Positions 17,880-24,666 of a stretch of 51,918 bases of DNA are shown here, piece by piece (the stretch's first letter is position 1; every line of letters begins with the position of its first letter). The notes beneath the pieces were generated by a model. That model did no database searches, was not told the DNA's origin, and was given only the letters and a program-made list of their open reading frames with translations. Origin of the DNA: a virus. Lineage: Duplodnaviria > Caudoviricetes. The stretch is from the IMG/VR virus record IMGVR_UViG_3300032318_001383, positions 1 to 51,918 of that record, one strand, 5' to 3'. The position numbers and the translations under genes were made by a program.

Positions 17880-18400
17880 AAATACCCCGTTTTTCAGTTT
17901 CCTATAAGTAAAAAGATAAAATGAAAATATTTATTTTACTACAGGAAGTACCGCGCGCGCACCCCGTAAATCCATTACGCCTTACGTTACTCATTTTTTT
18001 GACGTGATGCATAAGTCATTGATTATTAAACGTTATTGCACCTATCACACCAAAGTACATACTTTTAGAAGTGCATACTTTTAAATATTTTCATTTTATG
18101 TTTTCACTCTATAGGGACCCGGTTTGCCGCAAGAAGTGTACATTCATTGCACCAAATCCTTAATCTGTCCCCATTATCTACTCACCTGCCGCAAGCGGCT
18201 AACGCAAGCCTTTTTAGCCAAAAATCCCTGGTCCGTGGCCCTTGATCCGTGGTCCATTTTCCCCTCAAAAACACCCCTCTCAATCCCTACTATTAAAGTC
18301 AACTTTTACCCCCTTTTTTCGCCCTTTTCTCACCAAACCGCACCCGTGGTTCACGGCCCATGGGCCTCTAAATAATAATCATTACTCTTTATATTTATCC
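17880..18400. other. Largely non-coding region, AT-rich on its left side, between divergent genes; candidate replication origin or control region
   Basis: About 500 nt with no convincing ORF, long A/T tracts at 17900-18110 and heptamer runs at 18226-18253. Confidence 0.4.
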
Positions 18401-18450
18401 GTACATACGTCACAATCACCCCTTCGGTTCGCGTCCGTGGGAGGATTGCT

Positions 18451-18858
18451 GTGCCATACAAAGACAAGGCCGTTAAAAAGGTCAAGGACAGCCTCTACAA
18501 GAAGTCGTACTATCAACGTAACAAAGAGGCCGTCAAAGCCCGTGTAGCCCGAAATAAGCGGCTTGGTAAGGCTAAGTGGATCGAGTTCAAGTCCTCTCAG
18601 CCCTGCCACCACTGTGGGGTGTCTCATCCGGCCATTATTGACTTCCATCACGTTGTGCGGGATGGTACTCAGGGGTCGGTCAACCGGATGGCGGCCGACA
18701 GTAACTGGGCTAAGGTGTACGAAGAGGTTAAGAAGTGCATTCCCCTGTGTTCCAATTGCCACAGGATTTTGCATTGGAACGAGAGCCGTGGTCGGATGAT
18801 CACTAAGGACATGACGGGCAAGGAGACGGGTGATGACGACGATAGCGGCGCGGCTTAG
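18451..18858 (+). CDS. HNH endonuclease
   Basis: CHHCG...IDFHHV...KCIPLCSNCHRILH: zinc-binding HNH pattern after a basic N-terminus. Confidence 0.85.
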   Translation: MPYKDKAVKKVKDSLYKKSYYQRNKEAVKARVARNKRLGKAKWIEFKSSQPCHHCGVSHPAIIDFHHVVRDGTQGSVNRMAADSNWAKVYEEVKKCIPLCSNCHRILHWNESRGRMITKDMTGKETGDDDDSGAA

Positions 18859-19285
18859 TACTCTTGAGATTGCGGCAGACAGCCAGGTCTCGGGCGACGA
18901 CGTGAAGTACTACATTGAAAAGCTTCGCCGGGGCAAGAACTGCATCTTCGGCGGGGCGGGAGACTTAGACAAGCTCCTGAAGTTCTACGATTCGGTCGAA
19001 CGAAACGGGGACTTTGACGAGCCCATCGAGGTGGACATCTTGGAGCTGCGCGCAGACGGCATTTACGTCTACGAGAGCACGATCCACCCGGTCAAGGTCC
19101 GTGGTGACTTTTTCTCGGTCGGAACAGGTTCTGCGTACGCCTTAGCGGCCATGCACCTGGGCAAGAGTCCGAGGGAGGCCATAGAGATTGCGTCGATCTT
19201 TGACCCTGTGACGGGTGGGCCGATAGACATGATGACCCTGGAGCCGGCAAGGGCCCCAGGTCGCAGGAAGAAGACCCTACTTTAA
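18833..19285 (+). CDS. Ntn-hydrolase protease, HslV/proteasome beta-subunit-like
   Basis: N-terminal MTTIAA (catalytic Thr), AADSQ, and SVGTGSAYALAAM..G...EAIEIAS.FDP.TGG; AGGAG SD. Confidence 0.8.
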   Translation: MTTIAARLSTLEIAADSQVSGDDVKYYIEKLRRGKNCIFGGAGDLDKLLKFYDSVERNGDFDEPIEVDILELRADGIYVYESTIHPVKVRGDFFSVGTGSAYALAAMHLGKSPREAIEIASIFDPVTGGPIDMMTLEPARAPGRRKKTLL

Positions 19286-19705
19286 GTTGGCCCGGTTAAT
19301 GCGGTAAAGGTCCGAGGTCAGTGCATCGGTCTTATCGATCACTCCCTTAACCATCTCGTACGCAAGGTAGAGTAAGGAAAGCGCGCGGTCGTTGTTGGTG
19401 AGGTCCACGCAGTCATCCAGGGCGGAGTCCATCAGGTGCTGGATGTTAGTGAGCGTGGTGACCACGTCATCAAGCTGGGTGGCCGTGTCGTAAAGACTGG
19501 GCAGTGGTCCTTGGTCCTTGTCCCACTTCGCAACGAGCTGGGCCAGCGGCGTGAGTTTCTCCTTCTTGACCGCACGCTTTACCGTACGGGACAGGGGCTT
19601 ACCTTTTGCCTTCTTAACCGCACTTTTTTGAGTACTCTTTACCGTACGGGATAGGGGCGTACCTTTCGCTTTCTTGATCGCCTTCTTTGCAGGCTTTTTA
19701 ATCAT
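19277..19705 (-). CDS. Lys-rich (histone H1-like N-terminus) protein coupled to the RAMP-like gene
   Basis: Start overlaps the upstream stop (ATGA 19702-19705). KKAKG[TK]PLSRTVK occurs twice, followed by a helical C-terminal domain. Confidence 0.65.
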   Translation of the reverse strand: MIKKPAKKAIKKAKGTPLSRTVKSTQKSAVKKAKGKPLSRTVKRAVKKEKLTPLAQLVAKWDKDQGPLPSLYDTATQLDDVVTTLTNIQHLMDSALDDCVDLTNNDRALSLLYLAYEMVKGVIDKTDALTSDLYRINRANLK

Positions 19706-20319
19706 GAGAGCACCTCGAAGTTGGTGACGTTAAAGCGCCCGTACGTTGGGCGAAAGTCCCCCACGCCAACCAAGCGGCCGGCCGTGTTCAATACGTCTTG
19801 AAAAAGAGTGGGGTCGATATACTCAGGGGTGAGTATTTGAAATTGTAGATCCACTTCCCATCCGATGCGCATGGCAGGTCGGGTTCTATTGACTCCGGCT
19901 CGCTGTACTGTGACCCGACGAGTGTCAAGGTAGTCCCACTCATCGCCACCAAGTGACGCCAGCTGAGTAAGCGATACAACCCCGGCTTTGAACAGATCCA
20001 TCGCGGACTTACGCGGTGAGCGGGGGTCTTGCTTAAACTTCGCAGCATGGATAATGGATTGCCTAAAATACTCTCCTGGGATGCAGAGCTCATTTTTTTC
20101 GTTCCTCCAGACATAGGACTCGATGTCATCGGTCTTCTTGGCGGCCGAGTTCTTGGCGGCCTTGGACTTCGCATCGACTGACTCGCAGTTCCAGCGGTGG
20201 AACAAAAGATCCGCTGCACCTTGGGCCCGTACAGCCACAGCATACGGGAAACCCTGTTCAATGGCGCTCTTGCCACCATTGGTCACTTCACTAACAACTT
20301 TCAAATTGGACTTAGCCAT
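19702..20319 (-). CDS. Stand-alone Cas7/RAMP-like RNA-binding protein (putative Vipr-type effector)
   Basis: 205 aa. N-terminal strand (VAVRAQGAADLLFH), then LCIPGEYFRQSI (compare Cas7/Csm3 xIPGSSLKGxIR), a RRVTVQRAGVNRTRP thumb-like hairpin and a C-terminal Gly loop GVGDFRPTYGRF. AGGAG SD. No other cas genes in the window. Confidence 0.75.
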   Translation of the reverse strand: MAKSNLKVVSEVTNGGKSAIEQGFPYAVAVRAQGAADLLFHRWNCESVDAKSKAAKNSAAKKTDDIESYVWRNEKNELCIPGEYFRQSIIHAAKFKQDPRSPRKSAMDLFKAGVVSLTQLASLGGDEWDYLDTRRVTVQRAGVNRTRPAMRIGWEVDLQFQILTPEYIDPTLFQDVLNTAGRLVGVGDFRPTYGRFNVTNFEVLS

Positions 20320-20340
20320 TCTTACTTTCTCCTATATAAA

Positions 20341-20429
20341 CCCCAAAGGTGGGGAAACCGTACCACGCACTACCGGACCTCAGCTAGACTTACCGCGCCC
20401 TACCATTGCTGGCCTAGCTTAACAAAACC
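20341..20429 (-). ncRNA. Pentamer (GGY-NN) array B with 3' hairpin; putative guide RNA
   Basis: 15 in-phase 5-nt units at 20357-20429; 9 are exact RCC on the plus strand (GGY on minus). Followed on the minus strand by the hairpin CCCCA-CCUU-UGGGG (20341-20354). Confidence 0.65.
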
Positions 20430-20433
20430 CCTA

Positions 20434-20646
20434 AGGGTTCCTTAATGGAACCTTCTTAAACCCAGCCAGGTTCCATTAAAAAACCCTCACCATACCGGAC
20501 CACGTCTCACCATACCCAGCCTAACCCTGCCGAGCCCTACCTTTCCGAACCGTACCGCGCCTAGCCTAACCGCAACTAACCACACCGAACCGCGCCCTAC
20601 CGAACCCCGCATTACCTGACCATGCCTTGTCTTGGCATGCCATACC
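20434..20646 (-). ncRNA. Pentamer (GGY-NN) array A with long 3' hairpin; putative guide RNA
   Basis: 32 in-phase units at 20489-20646; 26 are exact ACC/GCC on the plus strand, separated by variable dinucleotides, with no indels. Followed by a 20-bp stem at 20434-20487. Confidence 0.8.
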
Positions 20647-20651
20647 TCAAA

Positions 20652-20810
20652 CTATTTGTGTCCCAGGGCAATCATCGCCAGCCCCACGTTGCCCAGCATG
20701 TAACCGAAATACGTAACCGCCATCCAGGGCTGGTTATCGCGGTAAAACAAAAGCATCACCACCGCATACTGCACACCAATAAAGGCAATCAACCAGGCGG
20801 GGACGGTCAT
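20652..20810 (-). CDS. Small membrane protein (52 aa)
   Basis: Not in the ORF track. MTVPAWLIAFIGVQYAVVMLLFYRDNQPWMAVTYFGYMLGNVGLAMIALGHK has two hydrophobic segments. Its start overlaps the upstream stop and its stop lies 5 nt before array A. Confidence 0.6.
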   Translation of the reverse strand: MTVPAWLIAFIGVQYAVVMLLFYRDNQPWMAVTYFGYMLGNVGLAMIALGHK

Positions 20811-21169
20811 TGGAGATCCTTGTTATGGCCCTTGAGCCATGAGTCTTGAGCCTTTTGCAGCCACGCGATAACCGTGCTCATGGGAATGATGTCCCCGATC
20901 TGTATGGCCTCGATCTTGGGAACGTCATCATCCTCCTCGGAAATCACGGACGAGAAACACTGGTAATTCACGCCCCCGATTTTGATCTGTAGGAGCTGCA
21001 TGGCAGGAACAGTCTGTTCCTCTTCTTCGGAGAGCTGCTCAAGAGCGTCGAGGACCGCCTGCTCAAAGGGTGTTACCACGAGGACTTGTCCTGGGCGTCT
21101 TTGATGATATCGGCCACGGTCAGTGGGCCGTGGTCCTTGTTCTTTAGTCCTAGATCCAAAGACAGGCAT
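20807..21169 (-). CDS. Hypothetical protein (start uncertain)
   Basis: Part of a run of overlapping small minus-strand ORFs. Confidence 0.45.
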   Translation of the reverse strand: MPVFGSRTKEQGPRPTDRGRYHQRRPGQVLVVTPFEQAVLDALEQLSEEEEQTVPAMQLLQIKIGGVNYQCFSSVISEEDDDVPKIEAIQIGDIIPMSTVIAWLQKAQDSWLKGHNKDLQ

Positions 21170-21313
21170 TCGTTTTCTTTGCTCACGCGCTTTGCATAGC
21201 TGGTCACGCTCTCGAGCTGCTGCTCGAGCGACTTGATGCGTGTAAGCAGGGCCTCCATGACGCCAAAAAAGGATTCGTCCTTTTCCCAGGCAGTCATGTT
21301 CTGGGTCCAGGCT

Positions 21314-21565
21314 TCAGCTCGCAGCATCGCTTCTTTGAGTTCCATTTTCCGGCTCCGTAAAGAGGGTTGTACGTAGTCTATCAAAAACATAGTCCGAAGT
21401 GCGCGCCTGGATTGCGTCCACAAAGGCGATCAGGTCCACGGTCGTGAATACATAGAGGTGAGCTGCGTTGGGGTACTCGCCGTCTGTGTCTTGTAGGTTG
21501 ACGGGCAGGATCTTGGCGTGCTTTGCAACGAGGTCGGGCACACCGAGCGTGTTAAAAAGATTCAT
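21314..21565 (-). CDS. Hypothetical protein
   Basis: 83 aa, ATGA-coupled to the upstream ORF. Confidence 0.5.
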   Translation of the reverse strand: MNLFNTLGVPDLVAKHAKILPVNLQDTDGEYPNAAHLYVFTTVDLIAFVDAIQARTSDYVFDRLRTTLFTEPENGTQRSDAAS

Positions 21566-21765
21566 TTCTTTCGTCCTTGTCTTTCATACCAACGTTTACT
21601 TTGTTCGCTCACCCATAGGGCAGCGCATGCCAATTCCAACTCATCACTTGGCGGGTTAATTCTCAAGGCGTTTTTGCGCCCCTCTTCCACGCCGTTTGCG
21701 TAGCCACCACTCCAGCCAATCCACAGTACGAACACGAGCACGGCTGTCCATGCCAGGGGTTTCAT
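21562..21765 (-). CDS. Small protein with N-terminal TM/signal segment
   Basis: MKPLAWTAVLVFVLWIGW; AGGAG SD; ATGA coupling. Confidence 0.55.
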   Translation of the reverse strand: MKPLAWTAVLVFVLWIGWSGGYANGVEEGRKNALRINPPSDELELACAALWVSEQSKRWYERQGRKK

Positions 21766-21956
21766 GTGTTCTTCTCCTTTAGTTTGGCTTCGATGGCTTT
21801 GGCAAAATCCAAAGTGGGTTCAATCTCCCAATCCCCAACAGGCAAAAGTTCTATCGCCTCATCTTCCGTCAGCCCAACCCATTCACGCTGTTGGCAACAA
21901 TGACCACATCTCGGACATTCAAACTCATATTCAGGCTGCGCTAGTCGGTCTGTCAT
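21762..21956 (-). CDS. Small phage protein (REWVGLT...FAKAIEAKLKEKNT type) with CxxC
   Basis: Recurrent phage small-protein C-terminal motif; coupled to its neighbours. Confidence 0.6.
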   Translation of the reverse strand: MTDRLAQPEYEFECPRCGHCCQQREWVGLTEDEAIELLPVGDWEIEPTLDFAKAIEAKLKEKNT

Positions 21957-22279
21957 AGCCTAGTACCACCACGATTGTTAGCGCAGGGCCATGCTTGTTT
22001 CAGGGCTTGGTTGATCAGAGACTCTGCGGTCTTGTGACGTGTGGAGGGGTTGTTATCCAAATATCTCTTGACTATGTCGGATACTTGTCCGGCGGTCACA
22101 CTATCAGGCGAGCAAAACGTGACGCTGACGTACACGTCAAACACCCCTTGAATAAAACCTAAAGCCTGCATCTTGTCACCAACATCGCCGGTCATTTTGC
22201 TGTAAAGAATGTTGCCACTCATGAACTCGGCGCTCGCCATGCATGGGACAAACAATAAACTTGCGATTAGTTTTTTCAT
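21953..22279 (-). CDS. Rap1a/Tai-like exported immunity-family protein
   Basis: Signal peptide, then SGNILYSKM...GFIQGVFD...FCSPDSVTAGQV..IVKRYLDNNP..RH..AESLI..AL..AWPC, matching the Rap1a pattern. Confidence 0.7.
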   Translation of the reverse strand: MKKLIASLLFVPCMASAEFMSGNILYSKMTGDVGDKMQALGFIQGVFDVYVSVTFCSPDSVTAGQVSDIVKRYLDNNPSTRHKTAESLINQALKQAWPCANNRGGTRL

Positions 22280-23063
22280 TTTGCTTTCTCCATAAGAGCG
22301 TCGAGGTGAGCCTTGACTGCGCCAATAACATACTGCTGCGCCTCAAGATAGGTCGGGTCATCTGTTTCGGTGTGCAGACGATGCAAGCCCTCGGCAATGC
22401 CTTCGTTAACTGCTTTCTTAATTGCTGGAAATTCTTCAATCGGCTTCATGCTTTCTCCTTTATTTTTGCTAATACTCCTTGAGCCTTGTTCCGTAATTCA
22501 ATACACAATTCATGTCGTTCTTTTAAAGTGGTATCACTCGGGTCTTCAACAACGTTGACCCATTTTAAATAGAGCTCAACCACTTCAATGAGCTCTTTGT
22601 TAAGTCGTTCTAGGCGCTCGAACTCCGGCGTGGAGTGCGTGTAGCCTGTGATCCTAAAGGGAGACACGTTTTCCTTTTTGGTGGATGACGAGGTCTTGGA
22701 TTGCGTCGCAGATTTCGAGTCCTGTTTGTCCGAAGTCCGACATCTTGCATAAGGCCATGACGTCTTTGATGGCTTGGTTATAGCAAAGTCGCCCATACTC
22801 AACCGCCAGGCTTTCCGGGAGGCTGTACGTTGCTCCCGTTTGTTTCAGTCCGGACGTCATCGCCGCAATGAGGTACTCCTGCATCATCCGTTCGTTGTTT
22901 TCGTGCATCTGTTTCTCCAAAAATACGATCAAAGTTTTCCCAAAACGTTTGTTCCGGGACCAATAGTGGGCGTCTCTTCGAGCCCTTGCCTCCGTCGCTT
23001 GTGCTCATAGTGTGAGCAGTATTCCGATGATGGCGCCTGCAATAGCTGCTATTAGCATAGGAT

Positions 23064-23267
23064 TCATTCCTTTACTCGATAAAATTTAGTTGTGCCAACC
23101 TTGATGATTTCTGCCAAGCCACTTTCCACAAAGAAGTTAAGCGCCCGAGTTGCGTGACTTTTACTGATCAAGAAGTACTTCGCCATCTTCTCTTGAGTCA
23201 CGGGCGTCTTGTGTTCCACGAGGTACTTCCAAATCTTTTCATCTCTGGGATCGATGTGTACCGGCAT
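23064..23267 (-). CDS. Winged-HTH DNA-binding protein
   Basis: Likely start MPVHID at 23267. IWKYL....VTQEKMAKYFLISKSHATRALNFFVESGL..IKVG..KFY. Confidence 0.6.
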   Translation of the reverse strand: MPVHIDPRDEKIWKYLVEHKTPVTQEKMAKYFLISKSHATRALNFFVESGLAEIIKVGTTKFYRVKE

Positions 23268-24029
23268 TACTTGTCTCCTCGCCAGGCCAAAAGACCGATG
23301 ACGATAAAGACAATGGCAACAAACCAAGCAAGTTCTTTAGCTGCTTCTACTGCCTGACCGCTGCGTATCCAAGCGTCTACGACGTAGGGGTTGATGTTTG
23401 AGCTGTTCATATCACTTTCTCCTGTATTAAAAAGGTGCGGGTTCAAACTCCGCAGGATCAACTATACCAAACTTCTTTTTGTTCTTGCAATACCACTTAG
23501 AAAGAATTTCCAACTCCTGCGTGGTTTTAAACGGGTTGCGCAGTCTCTCCTCTGCCAACCCACTGCCTGCCCAAAAGGACAGATCAATCTCCGTGTTTTC
23601 TTCTGTAGGCATCAAACTGTTCCTTTAGCTCATGGTAGCGGCCCAAGAGTTCCGAGTAGGCGTGGTCAGTTTCTGCCCACTTTAGTTTCCACATGTTCAA
23701 TTGCTCAATCCTATCGGCAGATAAAATCAATAGGGACGCCACTTCTGCGTTATCCACCAGGTGTGCTGCGTTGCGTAATCGTTCTACGTAAGTCATTTAA
23801 ATCTCCTGATAAAAGCTTTGATACGCGAGCTAAACCGGTTCGTGGTCCCTGATGCTTTGACCTGGCGCAACCAGTCGTTGCCGTCGTATGCCTTGCCTGT
23901 TTCTTCCAACAAAATCTTCTGCAACCGTTCGACTTCTTTAAGCGCTTGGTCGCGTTGTTTTCTGTAGCGCTCGGAAACGTTTTTCCAGTAGTCGATGTTA
24001 GAACTAAGTCCTGCCTCGCTTAATCTCAT

Positions 24030-24308
24030 CTAGTCACCCCTTTGTGAACGGATTTCATCTTCAAGAGTTTCGATATCATCAGATGTAAGTCCATCGAGGA
24101 TGTCGATTCGCTTGTCTTTACCAACCGGTATATACACGGCTTTGATGTAAATCTGTTCACTAAGTCGTGTAGGACCACCTAAATCAAGGCCTCCTGATCC
24201 TGGTTCGCACGCGCCGTATACAGGCTCATACGCTTCGTATTCCACTTCGAGTTTTGAAAACTCGACATAGAAATCAGTCACCTCGCTCATATTTTTCTTT
24301 GATCTCAT
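24030..24308 (-). CDS. Hypothetical acidic protein
   Basis: Within a run of small co-oriented ORFs downstream of polA. Confidence 0.45.
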   Translation of the reverse strand: MRSKKNMSEVTDFYVEFSKLEVEYEAYEPVYGACEPGSGGLDLGGPTRLSEQIYIKAVYIPVGKDKRIDILDGLTSDDIETLEDEIRSQRGD

Positions 24309-24555
24309 CTTCTATCTTTCTCGCTTTCTCTGGGTCGGATAATGCTAACACACGCATAAACTCAGCTTCAATCAAAATCATTGCCGCAGTACTAATCGTA
24401 CACTCGTTGTATTCGGAAAGCTCACGCAACATCGCGTAATGCTCTGCGCGAATGGTCAATGTCACCCACGGGGTCTCGCGGCGTGAGGGTGATGGCGGTC
24501 GCTTCTCCTTGGTCCGTGAACGGCGGCGTTTGCGTCGCTTTCCAAAGGCAAGCAT
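24274..24555 (-). CDS. Hypothetical protein, possible ribbon-helix-helix
   Basis: Arg-rich N-terminus, then WVTLTIRAEHYAMLRELSE; AGGAG SD. Confidence 0.5.
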   Translation of the reverse strand: MLAFGKRRKRRRSRTKEKRPPSPSRRETPWVTLTIRAEHYAMLRELSEYNECTISTAAMILIEAEFMRVLALSDPEKARKIEDEIKEKYERGD

Positions 24556-24589
24556 CTTTTTCTCCTTTCTGTCTGTATTAATTTATCAC

Positions 24590-24619
24590 AAAAAAATGGG
24601 CCGGACAAAAGTCCAGCCC
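24590..24619 (-). terminator. Intrinsic terminator after polA
   Basis: Minus strand GGGCTGGAC-TTTT-GTCCGGCCC-ATTTTTTT. Confidence 0.75.
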
Positions 24620-24666
24620 GAAGGTCTTGCTTGAGGAGACAAAGGAGAAAGCAATTCTCTCGCCCA

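Noticed and set aside
20341-20646. Classical CRISPR array or simple microsatellite next to the Cas7-like gene
   Set aside because: There are no 23-47 nt repeats with unique spacers. The unit is 5 nt with two freely varying positions, unlike both CRISPR arrays and slippage repeats.
20123-20849. Plus-strand ORFs 20123..20422, 20197..20445 and 20622..20849
   Set aside because: They are antisense to better-supported genes or run through the pentamer arrays, and have no clear SD or protein-like features.
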